A DNA stretch of 64,000 nt, from the sequence record PZ212788.1; one strand, 5' to 3'. The first letter of the stretch is position 1. The number at the start of each line of letters is the position of its first letter. Under the pieces are notes generated by a model. It did no database searches. It had not been told where the DNA came from and was given only the letters and a program-made list of their open reading frames with translations. Below are positions 1 to 10,381 of the stretch, piece after piece. This stretch comes from a phage. The position numbers were made by a program, and so were the translations under genes.

Positions 1-182
1 CATGCCTTAACGGAGCTATCCTCCCAGAGTCCACTATTTATCTTAAAAGCAAGCAATATACAGGCTTCTATAAGGTGATCACGGTGCATCATAAGGGCAC
101 CATAGAAGGTGGTGATTACACTACAGAGCTTGGCCTTGGGGAAACAGTGGGTGGAGTTGTTGACAAAACTGAGGAGGTATGA
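1..182 (+). CDS. 3' end of an upstream ORF truncated by the window edge (hypothetical, probably tail-associated)
   Basis: Open frame from position 3 to TGA at 180-182, overlapping the ATG of the next gene in an ATGA arrangement; no start within window. Confidence 0.35.
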   Translation, partial: CLNGAILPESTIYLKSKQYTGFYKVITVHHKGTIEGGDYTTELGLGETVGGVVDKTEEV

Positions 183-859
183 TGGCAATAAATAGGAAAG
201 ATGCTGCTGTAAGATCTTTTATAGAAAAAATAATGAGGGACTACCACACCAGTATCAGGGCCAGAGTTGTCAGTGTAGACTACAGTATACCTTCTGCAGC
301 CGTGCAGCCAATAGCTGAAACTACGTTTGATGACGGAGATGTGGAGAGATACCCTCTTATCTATGACGTTCCAATTCAGGTGATGTCTGCAAACAGCGGA
401 AAGGCAAGGTTAACACTCCCTATTAAGGCTGGAGATGTTGTAGGATTGCAGTTTTCAGAGAGAAATGAAAACAATAACGACGATCAACAAACTCACGGCC
501 TGTTTCCAGGGTGGGCAATCACCTCTGTTCATTCAGACTCAAACGCCTTACAGATCGATCCTGATAACGTAGAGTTATGGAATGATAGGGTTTATTTTAA
601 ACTGACACCTTCTGGCGATTTTGAGCTTCAAACACCTGGTGGGACATTACGGTGCGACAGCAGCGGGGAGTTTTCTTTCACTAACGGGGCTGCCAATTTG
701 CGAGCTGCTGTGGATGGGAATATCAGAATGAATGGTGCTACAATAGACCCATCTGGTAGAATTATAACTGCTGCTGGCGTGGATTTGGATTCATTCTATG
801 CAGAATATAAAGGTCATACCCACTCTTGCCCTGATGGCGAGACAAGTGGACCGCACTAA
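179..859 (+). CDS. baseplate central spike protein (P2 gpV / Mu gp45-like)
   Basis: 226 aa; C-terminal apex contains GHTHSCPDGETSGP (HxH followed by Cys) as in metal-loaded spike tips; sits at head of a tail gene operon. Confidence 0.5.
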   Translation: MMAINRKDAAVRSFIEKIMRDYHTSIRARVVSVDYSIPSAAVQPIAETTFDDGDVERYPLIYDVPIQVMSANSGKARLTLPIKAGDVVGLQFSERNENNNDDQQTHGLFPGWAITSVHSDSNALQIDPDNVELWNDRVYFKLTPSGDFELQTPGGTLRCDSSGEFSFTNGAANLRAAVDGNIRMNGATIDPSGRIITAAGVDLDSFYAEYKGHTHSCPDGETSGPH

Positions 860-871
860 TAGAGGGCTTTC

Positions 872-1588
872 ATGGCTACGCTTTATAGTGATATATTGAT
901 GGACCCGCAGACAGGCGATTTGGCGATAGACAAAGGTCTTGAGTTGATAGATTCAAACCAGGTAAGTCTGCGCCAGCGCTTGTGGATGAGGTTTAATACG
1001 TGGAAGGGGAGCTGGTACTTTGACGAGCTGTTTGGCTTCCCTTATATGGACTTTCTCAGCAAGAAGGTCATGAAGACTGTTCTTGATAACAAGATCATGG
1101 AAGTGGCAAGACAAGAGCCGGATGTGCTAAACATCATAAACTTCCAGTCTACCATGGACCGAAGATCGAGAACATACCAAGCGTTCTTCGAGGTTGTTAC
1201 CAAAGAGAACGAGATTGTAAGGCTGGCTTTCGTAGGTCTTGATCAGTTCACCTACCCACAGCCTGATTCTGGGACAACCTCTCTCTGTGATGATGAGGGT
1301 TGGATTAAGTGGGCTAATAAACTGTACTATCTGATCAACTTCAGATTGCCTAGAACAGGAGATGCCACATGGTGGAACCAGTATGCTGGCCCTGAGATGG
1401 AAAACCCGATCCCTGTAGGCTCTCTGTTGACTCAGGATAAAGATCTGCTGATGACTGAGGCAGAACAAACCATTAACCGCAATACCTGGACGCTTGCTCC
1501 AGATGAGCGCGAATACTCTGGTGTTATTGCTACCTCCAATGATGAGGCTATTGCCAACCAGTCTGGTCGTGCTATTGATGTTAACTAA
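872..1588 (+). CDS. baseplate wedge protein, gp25/GPW-like N-terminal domain
   Basis: N-terminal segment LIDSNQVSLRQRLWMRFNTWKGSWYFDELFGFPY resembles the gp25/GPW signature; 238 aa is longer than classic gp25. Confidence 0.45.
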   Translation: MATLYSDILMDPQTGDLAIDKGLELIDSNQVSLRQRLWMRFNTWKGSWYFDELFGFPYMDFLSKKVMKTVLDNKIMEVARQEPDVLNIINFQSTMDRRSRTYQAFFEVVTKENEIVRLAFVGLDQFTYPQPDSGTTSLCDDEGWIKWANKLYYLINFRLPRTGDATWWNQYAGPEMENPIPVGSLLTQDKDLLMTEAEQTINRNTWTLAPDEREYSGVIATSNDEAIANQSGRAIDVN

Positions 1589-1597
1589 GGAGAAATC

Positions 1598-2266
1598 ATG
1601 GCTGTAGCTTATCCTACAATACCAATTCCAGATCTTGAAGATGCAGAAACAGTCCTGAGTGATGACTTCTTGGTTGTCAACCAGACTGATGGGACAAGAA
1701 AGGCTAAGATTGACGATGTTGTCAACGATCTTAGTATTACTAAGATAGTCTATTTCACAGAGGGTGGTTATCTTAAGAGCAAGAAGGACTTTGCTTATGA
1801 CCCAGAGACTAAGCGCTACTACACGTGGAACGGGGATTATCCTAAAATAATCCTCCCAGACTCCACCGTAGAGGGTGCTGGGGGCGTGTCTGCAAATGCC
1901 TGGTCTGTTTTTGGTGAGCTTGCTGCAACTTCTTCTGGCAGAATAGTTGATTACGGATCTATCGGTGGTCAGCTTGATATGGATCTTGAAGTTGCGGATA
2001 CCTTTAAGGTTCGACTAACTTCAAATACCACAATCTCTTTTGAAAATCAAACAGAAGGTCTTGAAGGGGTGGCGAGAACTATAACCGTATGCATTACTCA
2101 GACCTCTGGCGGCAACAAAGTCTATTGGCCTGGTAATGTTAAATGGTCCTACGGAAGAGATCCTATCCTAACATTTACAGCTGGTGCAACAGATATTTTC
2201 AAGTTGGAAACCTACGACAACGGGTTAACTTGGTACGGGGCACTGATTATCGCAGGAGCTATCTAA
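1598..2266 (+). CDS. tail fibre-related protein sharing an N-terminal anchor domain with the 4901-8713 fibre
   Basis: First ~100 aa align with the N-terminus of the 1270 aa fibre (LVVNQTDGTRKAKIDDVV vs LVVQQPDLTRRVKIGDVV; FTEGGYL...DFAY vs FKEGGKL...DFAY); AGGAG RBS. Confidence 0.5.
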   Translation: MAVAYPTIPIPDLEDAETVLSDDFLVVNQTDGTRKAKIDDVVNDLSITKIVYFTEGGYLKSKKDFAYDPETKRYYTWNGDYPKIILPDSTVEGAGGVSANAWSVFGELAATSSGRIVDYGSIGGQLDMDLEVADTFKVRLTSNTTISFENQTEGLEGVARTITVCITQTSGGNKVYWPGNVKWSYGRDPILTFTAGATDIFKLETYDNGLTWYGALIIAGAI

Positions 2267-2267
2267 G

Positions 2268-4865
2268 ATGCGTATTCAACATAACATTGATAACGTATTT
2301 CAGATGATTGAGGGGCACAGGAAGTGCCTCGATAACAACACAGGTATTACCAACACCTCTACACAAAATAAGCTAGTAAACCCTGATGGTCTTATAGCTG
2401 CAGGGTGGGCAGGTAATAAGATAAATAATGATTGGGCAATGCATGAGTCCCAAGCTGTGTTGATTCTGGGATACATTGAAGCATACAGGGCATCGAAAAG
2501 CGATTTCTATCTGGATAGGGCAAAAGATGCTTGGGAAGCTTACAATAGCCATCTTCTGGGTGCATATGCAGTAGAAAGTAAAATGCAAAGATTGTCCCAC
2601 TACCCTCTATCCACAGATGGGGTTCCATCACATGGTGGGTTTAAAGATGTGGTGGTGTCTTTTACCAACGGTAGAGGAAAAATCCCAGCTGGATCTCCGA
2701 CATGGGGGGAATACCTTGACAAGGCATTCCAAGCGTATAACGGTGTGTTAGGAAGAAACACTGTAGACTCTGATGTTTACGGTGGCACAGATGCTAACCC
2801 AGATTGGACAACATCCGGATTAAGTTGGTGGGTTGAGTGGTACATAGCATGGGATGGTAACCGCTATTGGGCTAACGGTAGCATAGCCGACAGTGGTCAT
2901 ACGTCTGTAGAGTTCGGCACAATCCAATTACAAGATAAGGGTGTTACAGGCAGCCACAAGGTGACCTATTGTGTAAGATTACCTCAAGAGCAGGGCGGAT
3001 CGGTGATACCTGCAGGATCCCCTGTAATTGTAAATCCTATAAACGTGGTTGCAGATAATCAGGCCCCAGAGTTGGACGGGGAAGAAATGTGGTGTGACGC
3101 TTGTTATCAACTCTACACCTTGACAGGTGAGGAAAAGTATTACACCGCGTTTAAACAGTCTTACAACAAATTGCTTAATTTCAGTGATATAAACGCCTAC
3201 GACAAACTGTTTAGGAAGACCACGTTGATTAAGGCACCGTTTACAGATGGTACTTGCCTTGTTGCAGGAACAGTTCCTGCCATGAGCAGGGACAGTGACG
3301 GGTATATCAATTTTAGAATGAACGCACGCCAGCCTTGCGAAATAATTCAAAAAGGGACTACATACAAAATAGGCAGAGATGCTGAAATTGTTATGAATTT
3401 CGGAGGAGAAGGGGTTCTGTTCCAGCCACATTTCATCCTTAATGATGGCAACAATAACAAAAAACAGTACAGGATAGGGGTTCCTTTTGGAGGGGCAGAG
3501 GTAACAGAAATAGTTGCCAAGGTTACTGATTTCGTAGAGGTAGTTGGTAAAGACGGTAATCCGTATCTCTTACCTAAAGAGGAAAACATTGTCGTAAGCG
3601 GTGGCGCTAGTGTTAGTATGCAGTATGATACCGACATTTACAACCACTCTGACAACTTCACCCGTTGTAATATAGCAAGAGGTAAAGTAACTTTCAATTT
3701 TGGGAGAGAGATTTCTTTAAACTCAGTAACTTATCGATCAGATGATGAGATGGTAAGGGTCAAATTTCTTGACAAAGATAGGTGGTTATGGTATGCTGAT
3801 CTATATGCCACTAATGGACAATGGATAACAGAAACTCTTACTCTAGGAGATTTCAAACTAGATCCGACACAACCTCATCACACCGAAGAAGAGATTAAAC
3901 CTTTCTTTGCTAATCCTAAGGGGCTCACCTCTGTAGATTTCAGCCTAAGCGACAGGCAGATAGGTAATGGCTTGTTTGATCTGTACTGCGTAAACACGCT
4001 GCCGCAGTTCTATATTGCAGATAGGGATGCTTATCTGATCTGGTTTAGCGTATGGATGGCAAGCAAGACAGAATCAACCGCTAAGGTTGGTGATTGCTAT
4101 GTCAGAAACTACAAGCAAGGTGCATACAGGCACACACCAGGTGTGTTCCCTGCCGGAAAGGTGATAGATAAGGAAAACTATCTCTTAGAGGAAAGGCCAA
4201 ATTGGCCCTACCCTGGCATGCAATACCCAGCAGTCTACTGCATGGGTGCAGAAAACATAGATCGCCATAGATTGTCAAATACAATAGGCTTTCTGTATGA
4301 CTCTCAAGTCTGGTATAATAATACGTTTAAGACAGAGGGTCCAGTTGCCTCACGTTATGTATGGCAGAGAGGCAATGAAGGGTTGACTGGTTGGTGGGAG
4401 ATGGTAGATAACTCTAAGCTCCAGTCAAGATCTTTTGTTGCTGCGTGCCGCACAATATATGAGCTCAAGAAACATAAAGAACCTGTTGATGAAAGACTAT
4501 TCCTGTTCTGCCAGAAATGGGCATGGTTCCTCAACAGATTCCAGTCATCTCATTCAGGAAATCTGCCTACAGACTTTAACACCTCTGGGGGATATTCTTA
4601 TCAGGACAGAGGAGACAGGATGTGGGTGGTAGGTGAATGGCTTGCAGGTTGCTGCTGGCTAGGTCTGTGCGGGTATTCAGAGACAATACCTCAAATAGAT
4701 ATTGTTGTGGAAGCCTGTGTGAAGCTACTGCAAAAGCACCACTTCATTAATGGGGATAATATTTTAAACGGCTGCTGGGCAGTTTCTGATCCGGTAGGCT
4801 ATCACTCTGGCGAAATCCTTCGCGGTCTGGGCCTTTATGCTCAATACCGTGGATTGTACCTTTAA
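2268..4865 (+). CDS. large tail-associated protein, possible polysaccharide-degrading tailspike
   Basis: 865 aa ORF translationally coupled (TAAGATG) within the tail operon; no fibre-type N-terminal anchor; enzymatic nature is inference only. Confidence 0.3.
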   Translation: MRIQHNIDNVFQMIEGHRKCLDNNTGITNTSTQNKLVNPDGLIAAGWAGNKINNDWAMHESQAVLILGYIEAYRASKSDFYLDRAKDAWEAYNSHLLGAYAVESKMQRLSHYPLSTDGVPSHGGFKDVVVSFTNGRGKIPAGSPTWGEYLDKAFQAYNGVLGRNTVDSDVYGGTDANPDWTTSGLSWWVEWYIAWDGNRYWANGSIADSGHTSVEFGTIQLQDKGVTGSHKVTYCVRLPQEQGGSVIPAGSPVIVNPINVVADNQAPELDGEEMWCDACYQLYTLTGEEKYYTAFKQSYNKLLNFSDINAYDKLFRKTTLIKAPFTDGTCLVAGTVPAMSRDSDGYINFRMNARQPCEIIQKGTTYKIGRDAEIVMNFGGEGVLFQPHFILNDGNNNKKQYRIGVPFGGAEVTEIVAKVTDFVEVVGKDGNPYLLPKEENIVVSGGASVSMQYDTDIYNHSDNFTRCNIARGKVTFNFGREISLNSVTYRSDDEMVRVKFLDKDRWLWYADLYATNGQWITETLTLGDFKLDPTQPHHTEEEIKPFFANPKGLTSVDFSLSDRQIGNGLFDLYCVNTLPQFYIADRDAYLIWFSVWMASKTESTAKVGDCYVRNYKQGAYRHTPGVFPAGKVIDKENYLLEERPNWPYPGMQYPAVYCMGAENIDRHRLSNTIGFLYDSQVWYNNTFKTEGPVASRYVWQRGNEGLTGWWEMVDNSKLQSRSFVAACRTIYELKKHKEPVDERLFLFCQKWAWFLNRFQSSHSGNLPTDFNTSGGYSYQDRGDRMWVVGEWLAGCCWLGLCGYSETIPQIDIVVEACVKLLQKHHFINGDNILNGCWAVSDPVGYHSGEILRGLGLYAQYRGLYL

Positions 4866-4900
4866 CATAGGGGGCTGTTTGCCCCCTTTCAGGAGAAAGA

Positions 4901-7900
4901 ATGGCTGATATTAAAGTTGTCAGAATTGAATCTCTTCCTGCCACTACCGCAGTGACAGAGGATGATTACCTGGTTGTTCAACAACCAGACCTGACTCGTC
5001 GTGTAAAAATTGGCGATGTTGTCCATGTGGATGGGACTGTTTCTCATGTAATCTCCTTTAAGGAAGGTGGTAAGTTAAACGGCCCAATGGATTTTGCCTA
5101 CTTCGAAGAGGAAGACCTCTACCTGCGTTGGAAAGGCGAATTTCCACACACTGTTCCTGCACTGTCTTCACCGTACTCCGATGGTGGGATTACTGACGCT
5201 GCATGGATGGTATATACAGATCCGTCCTTAAGGGAGGAGCTGGAATCTACTATTGGCGCATCTATGATCATGACAGCCGAAGGGCAGTCTGTCCAGGATG
5301 TGATGGATGTTACGGTTCAGACAGCTAACGATGCTAAAGCACTTGCACAGCGGGTAGATTTTGGTACAGTACATACTGTAGGCGATGTTATTCACCTTGT
5401 CAACTTTGTGGGTCCTGCAGTTATTGAGGAGGGAAGAACCACCAACTACCCTTCCGTAGCAGCTGGTGAAAGATTTCTGAACGGTGTGGTATCTCGTCGT
5501 GATACTACAACTGTTGATGGTATTTTCCGTGGCGCTACCACCGGAGCCATGTACACCATTGCAGTAACCAACGGTGTAGCAACAACGAAAAGAATAGCAC
5601 TTCGTGATGAATTTAAACGCCTAGAGGCAAACAACCCAACAAGAACAGTTATCCGTGCTGGAGATGATTTAAATACGGCAGGGTACTTGCAGCTTGATGC
5701 AACAGGCCGTTGGGGTATGTGGAACCAACAAACAGCTTCGTGGCAACCTCTTGCTATAGAGCAAGGCGGCACAGGGGCTAGAGATGCCGCTGGAGTCCGT
5801 ATCAATATCGGTGCTTTCTATAAGCAACGTGCAGCCCTTGAGCCAAATTTCAATATCAATAACTTGACTGGTAATCAGGATGGTGTATACTATCAGCCAA
5901 TGACTGCTTATGCAACTGAGGCGAATGGTTACCCTGCAGGTTCTGGTGCGGGTCACTTGATTGTTTGGCAGAACAATGCTAACGGCGGTACAGGTTGTCG
6001 TCAGGAATACTATCCATTCTCTAACGTAGATGTTTGGTATTTGAGAACCTATCAGGCCAACACAAATCAGTGGACTGCATGGCAGCCGATGGTCAGACCT
6101 CGTAACGATGATACCTTCAGATCTCATATTGGCCTTGGTAAAAACAACTCGCCAGCCTTCGGGCACCTTTACTTAGCTCAATACTCGGGAGATGTTAAAT
6201 CGGCCTCAGGTATTCTCCATGGAGATAAATATAATACTGACGGTGTCCTTGAGCATGGATATAGGATCTATTCTGAGGTAAGAAACGACAATAAGGCTTG
6301 GTTGACAATCCACCTGCACAAAGGCGCAAAAGGATCTGAAACTCATAGATATTTAGGCTTCCGTGAGGATGGGGTCTTAGATTGTCCTAAATATATGCAG
6401 GTTGGTGATCTGAACGGTCAGATGGCAAACTGGGGACTTGGAGAATGGATCCGCAGTTCAGGAGCAGAAAGAGGTTTCTGGGGATCTAAGAAAGCCGCCA
6501 AGATGGTCATCTGGGATGGCGGTATGGACGAGCAAGGTGAAGGAACGCTTGAGTGGGGTGTTTATAACAACCGGAAAGCCAAATGGGAACCACTACCGAT
6601 AGCTTGTGGTGGTACCAGTGCCAGGACTGTAGGGGATGCTCAAGCACAATTCAGAATCCCTCTGGCAGCAGGTGCTAGACCATATGTAAACCTGCCTAGA
6701 ACTGCAGCTATGCAGGACGGTAAGTATTATCCTATTATCGTCAGAACTGACCCCAACTTTGCAGCAACTATCGGGACAGATTTAACCATTGTCACCAGAT
6801 CTTCTTCTGGCGGCGACCCAATGAACTGTGCTACACTACAGTGTCACTACAGAACTGGTGGCTGGACAGACAGAGGTGATTCTTTCCAAGGGGTTATTAA
6901 TTTCTACCAAAACGAGAAAGCAATCCTCGGATGTGTATCTCCAACCAGAGGTAAGCAGGAGTATGTTGCATTCTATGTAGAGGCACGTGCATTCCCTGTT
7001 ACAGTATATGCTGGCGCTACTGTAATAGAAGTGTCAACCAGGGAGGCTGATTGGCAGGTAGGCAACGTGACAGGTAACCAAGATGGTGTCAAGTTCTGTG
7101 CTCCTCTGGAATCTGCAGATTTGAGTCTTGCAATCAAAGGTGATGATGTAACAAACACCAGACCTCTGGTTGAGTTCAAAGGAACATCAGGTTTCTACAC
7201 TGGTGGTGGAACTATGTGGCACTACCTGGGGACTCCTGAACGCTATGCAGTGATGAGCAAAATGAACATGCCTAAAGTCGAGCTTTGGGCAGACGGTATT
7301 GACTACATTTGTCCTGGTAGTCAGACCACTAGAAAAGCACTGTTCTCTAACGCAGGGTTCCAAGCTGCATCGGAAGGAACAGAGGATCTGATCAACAACA
7401 CCTTTACCTCTAAATGTGGTAATGGTGCAAGACTGCAAGGCCAGGCAGAGTTCAGATCTACTCCGGAAGCTGGTCAAGTTATCGTTCGCGATGTTGTAGG
7501 TACAGCTCATAAGTTCTACAATTTCAACAAAGACGGCACATTTTTCCCTCCTGGAGGCTATGTTTGCCAGACAGGTGCTGACTGGAACAATCAGTTTGGT
7601 AATACAAACCCCTCCAAGATAATGGCTGGCAATGTCAACGGGCCGGAAGGTTCGATGGTTGTTGGTGGACTGTCTGTGGCGTTTTCTGGAAACTATGCTT
7701 TCCAAATGGCTGGTCGCCTTGATCAGTTATACACTAGGTCTATCGAAGGTGGTAACCATAGGGCATGGAACAAGGTTATTCAGCACCGTGGTCAAGGTCT
7801 GGGGACAGAAGACCTTAATGCCTACGATGGTAGCCGTGAAGGTTTCTATCACCAGGGTTCAAACGCTGACGCACTTGTAACAGATCGTCACTACCCTGCT

Positions 7901-8713
7901 CCGTACGCTGGTACACTGCTTGTTTACAAAAACACAGCTAACAGACCTCAAGGTTGTGTGCAGGAATATATCACCTATTTTGGTGACAGATATACTCGTG
8001 CTGGTAACTACGTTGGCGATGTCTTTACTTGGGAAGAATGGAGACACGATGCTGGTAAGGGCATCCAGTTAAGACCTAATTACACTTTTGGTGAAACCAG
8101 TAATCAACTGGAAATTCATATCGGTGCTAATGGTCTTCCCTCCAACGCAGATGGCTTACCTAAGGATGATGCTGTACTCCATTATTGGGGTAACGGCAGC
8201 ACAGGGGATCGTCCAAACGTGTTAGAGTTTAAGGTTCGTGACGAGTCTCAAGCAAATTGGGTATGGCATTGCGGTACCTTGCCGGATAAATCAAGATATC
8301 TTTCTGTAAACGGTGCTGTGAATTGCACATCTGTCAATCAGAGTTCTGACAGAGACCTGAAAGATAACATAGCTGTTATTCCTGATGCGTTAGAAGCTAT
8401 CCGGAAGATGAAGGGTTATACTTACACTCTTAAAGAGAACGGTATGCCTTATGCAGGTGTTATAGCACAAGAGGTGCTTGAAGCGCTGCCGGAAGCAGTT
8501 AGCTCTTTCGTGCAAAGAAAGGAAATCCCAAACCCTGATCAGGATGGAACTCCTTTAGTAACAGAGGAAAGATTCTACAGCGTGGATTACGCAGCCGTAA
8601 CAGGCTTGCTTGTCCAGGTTTGCAGGGAACAGGACGATAAAATAACCGCCCTTGAGGAGCAGGTTAAAAAATTGACAGAGGTTGTTACTGGGTTGCAAGA
8701 GAAACTTAAGTAA
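4901..8713 (+). CDS. long tail fibre with C-terminal intramolecular chaperone (peptidase S74-like) domain
   Basis: 1270 aa; C-terminus ...DLKDNIAVIPDALEAIRKMKGYTYTLKENGMPYAGVIAQEVLEALPEAV... followed by a coiled coil matches the endosialidase/T5 pb1-type autoproteolytic chaperone; N-terminal anchor shared with 1598 ORF. Confidence 0.7.
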   Translation: MADIKVVRIESLPATTAVTEDDYLVVQQPDLTRRVKIGDVVHVDGTVSHVISFKEGGKLNGPMDFAYFEEEDLYLRWKGEFPHTVPALSSPYSDGGITDAAWMVYTDPSLREELESTIGASMIMTAEGQSVQDVMDVTVQTANDAKALAQRVDFGTVHTVGDVIHLVNFVGPAVIEEGRTTNYPSVAAGERFLNGVVSRRDTTTVDGIFRGATTGAMYTIAVTNGVATTKRIALRDEFKRLEANNPTRTVIRAGDDLNTAGYLQLDATGRWGMWNQQTASWQPLAIEQGGTGARDAAGVRINIGAFYKQRAALEPNFNINNLTGNQDGVYYQPMTAYATEANGYPAGSGAGHLIVWQNNANGGTGCRQEYYPFSNVDVWYLRTYQANTNQWTAWQPMVRPRNDDTFRSHIGLGKNNSPAFGHLYLAQYSGDVKSASGILHGDKYNTDGVLEHGYRIYSEVRNDNKAWLTIHLHKGAKGSETHRYLGFREDGVLDCPKYMQVGDLNGQMANWGLGEWIRSSGAERGFWGSKKAAKMVIWDGGMDEQGEGTLEWGVYNNRKAKWEPLPIACGGTSARTVGDAQAQFRIPLAAGARPYVNLPRTAAMQDGKYYPIIVRTDPNFAATIGTDLTIVTRSSSGGDPMNCATLQCHYRTGGWTDRGDSFQGVINFYQNEKAILGCVSPTRGKQEYVAFYVEARAFPVTVYAGATVIEVSTREADWQVGNVTGNQDGVKFCAPLESADLSLAIKGDDVTNTRPLVEFKGTSGFYTGGGTMWHYLGTPERYAVMSKMNMPKVELWADGIDYICPGSQTTRKALFSNAGFQAASEGTEDLINNTFTSKCGNGARLQGQAEFRSTPEAGQVIVRDVVGTAHKFYNFNKDGTFFPPGGYVCQTGADWNNQFGNTNPSKIMAGNVNGPEGSMVVGGLSVAFSGNYAFQMAGRLDQLYTRSIEGGNHRAWNKVIQHRGQGLGTEDLNAYDGSREGFYHQGSNADALVTDRHYPAPYAGTLLVYKNTANRPQGCVQEYITYFGDRYTRAGNYVGDVFTWEEWRHDAGKGIQLRPNYTFGETSNQLEIHIGANGLPSNADGLPKDDAVLHYWGNGSTGDRPNVLEFKVRDESQANWVWHCGTLPDKSRYLSVNGAVNCTSVNQSSDRDLKDNIAVIPDALEAIRKMKGYTYTLKENGMPYAGVIAQEVLEALPEAVSSFVQRKEIPNPDQDGTPLVTEERFYSVDYAAVTGLLVQVCREQDDKITALEEQVKKLTEVVTGLQEKLK

Positions 8714-8720
8714 CTGTTTT

Positions 8721-8750
8721 GCCCTCGCTTCGGCGGGGGCTTTTTGTTTG
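8721..8750 (+). terminator. rho-independent terminator (GC stem with TTCG loop plus T-run)
   Basis: gccctcgc-ttcg-gcgggggc followed by tttttgtttg immediately after the fibre stop codon. Confidence 0.7.
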
Positions 8751-8752
8751 TA

Positions 8753-8781
8753 TTGCGTATTAACTCAAAATCTGGTAAAAT
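8753..8781 (+). promoter_or_regulatory. sigma70-like promoter with extended -10 (TTGCGT-17-TGgTAAAAT)
   Basis: -35 TTGCGT 8753-8758, 17 bp spacer, TGg TAAAAT 8773-8781; same TGnTAAAATA motif recurs at 14284, 20615 and 56290. Confidence 0.55.
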
Positions 8782-8812
8782 AGCTATCATGATTGTTTAA
8801 CCTGGAGGCACA

Positions 8813-9403
8813 ATGTTTTTATGGGAAAGGCCTAGATACCTTCCAGATATTAGATTAGAGCTGCTGGCAGATATTGTTACGTTTAAAAGTCCGTTTACAG
8901 GTAAAACGCAAAAAGTAACCTATGCCACACCTAACTGGAAAGGCACTTTGACGGTCTCCAATATCAGCGAATCCCAGTTGCTAGAGCTTAAGAGCTTTGT
9001 TGATCAGGTGTATAAAGATGGGAACATCTTTCTCATTAAAACTTACGGTCACTCAGTAACAGCTAATGAGCCAATCGCCCTTGGGCCTACTGGTAACGAC
9101 GATTTTTTGAAGACGGTCGGGTGGGAGCCAAACAGAGACATAGCCAGAGCTGGAGATAAAATATCTGTCAATGATGAATTGAAAGTGGTAACAGCTCCAG
9201 TGCGTAGTGATGGTGTTGGGTCTGCTGTTATAGGCATATCTCCAAGACTTAGAAAACCTATTGCCGCAGGGGACACCATGAAGATAATAACTCAATCTCC
9301 GAAGGGTAGGTTTCATATCAGAGATATTTATAAAATTAAGCAAAAAGTCGATGCTATGCAAAAAGGTGATAATATAGTTATCAACTTCTTTGAGGATTTC
9401 TAA
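8813..9403 (+). CDS. minor tail protein (possibly lambda gpM-like)
   Basis: 196 aa; FLW...TLTVS...LLELKSF segments loosely resemble lambda gpM; first gene after promoter, upstream of K-like and J-like genes. Confidence 0.3.
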   Translation: MFLWERPRYLPDIRLELLADIVTFKSPFTGKTQKVTYATPNWKGTLTVSNISESQLLELKSFVDQVYKDGNIFLIKTYGHSVTANEPIALGPTGNDDFLKTVGWEPNRDIARAGDKISVNDELKVVTAPVRSDGVGSAVIGISPRLRKPIAAGDTMKIITQSPKGRFHIRDIYKIKQKVDAMQKGDNIVINFFEDF

Positions 9404-9404
9404 G

Positions 9405-9956
9405 ATGATCAGAGCGCCATTAGATAATTTATTTCTTGAAAAGCTGGAGCTTGATGGTGTTGAGATCTTAATTGCTGCAAAGCTGGAGCTACCGACAGGA
9501 ACTGTCAGGGTGTGCTCAGGCACTGGTGTTGTAGTAATTGAGGGGCAACATTTTATAGGGATAGGTGGATCAGCAACATTGACCGCTGTGTCTGAGAAAG
9601 ATGCCACCAACTTCGGATCTGTGGTAGCAACATTGAACGGGTTTGATCCTAAGTATGTAGGTGATCTGCTGAAGACGGAGTATTCTGGTTGTCGTGCCAC
9701 GTTGTACATTACCGCTATGGAGAATGGTTTGCCTGTTACAACTAATGGCTTGTTTGACGGACTTATAACAGATATGGCTATTCAGACAGGCGAGAATAGT
9801 GCTTTGTCCATATCCATCTCTTCCATCTTCAACAGCTGGTTAAGAGGTTTTCCTTATCGGTACACGGAGGAAAGCCACAGCTCAAGAAACGATAACGACA
9901 GATTTTTTAAATATGTGGATCAGGTGGCGAGCCGCCCGATCATTTGGGAGGTTTAA
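9405..9956 (+). CDS. minor tail protein (tail-tip assembly position, L-like by context)
   Basis: Start trimmed to ATG 9405 directly after upstream stop; positional analogue only, no sequence signature recognised. Confidence 0.3.
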   Translation: MIRAPLDNLFLEKLELDGVEILIAAKLELPTGTVRVCSGTGVVVIEGQHFIGIGGSATLTAVSEKDATNFGSVVATLNGFDPKYVGDLLKTEYSGCRATLYITAMENGLPVTTNGLFDGLITDMAIQTGENSALSISISSIFNSWLRGFPYRYTEESHSSRNDNDRFFKYVDQVASRPIIWEV

Positions 9957-10381
9957 TGAGCACACACCCTCGTTTAGTGGATTGGCAAGAAAGATTGTGG
10001 AAAGTGTTTGACGAAGAGGCCACCATACCTTTTGAATGGGGATTCCACGATTGTTGCACCTTTGCAGCTAAGTGTGTTGATGCCCAATACGGAACAGATT
10101 TTCTTTCTAACTTTGAAGGAACGTATAAAACAGAGTTGGAAAGCAAGAGATGGTGCATGCTTCATTTCAAAACCACACATCTGCCCACTATTTTTGATTT
10201 CTTTATGACTCGACTGGACACTCCTAAACAGGTTCAGCGTGGTGATATTGTTATTTTCGAAGGCCTGAACGGGCTCACCGCTGGTGTGTTCTGGAACAAC
10301 CAGATTTGGGCGAAAGGGGATAAAGGGGTCTTTATGTTCGACATGAAAGATTCTATCGTTGTTGATGTCTGGAGGTATTAA
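9956..10381 (+). CDS. NlpC/P60-like tail assembly protein (lambda gpK C-terminal domain-like)
   Basis: FHDCCTF (catalytic Cys context) and downstream GDIVIFEG resemble NlpC/P60 motifs; start trimmed to ATG 9956 with GGGAGG RBS; TAATG coupling to J-like gene. Confidence 0.5.
   Translation: MSTHPRLVDWQERLWKVFDEEATIPFEWGFHDCCTFAAKCVDAQYGTDFLSNFEGTYKTELESKRWCMLHFKTTHLPTIFDFFMTRLDTPKQVQRGDIVIFEGLNGLTAGVFWNNQIWAKGDKGVFMFDMKDSIVVDVWRY

Noticed and set aside
159-164. TTGACA hexamer just upstream of the first complete gene as a promoter
   Set aside because: Lies inside the 3' end of the upstream coding frame, only 15 bp from the ATG, with no -10 element at proper spacing
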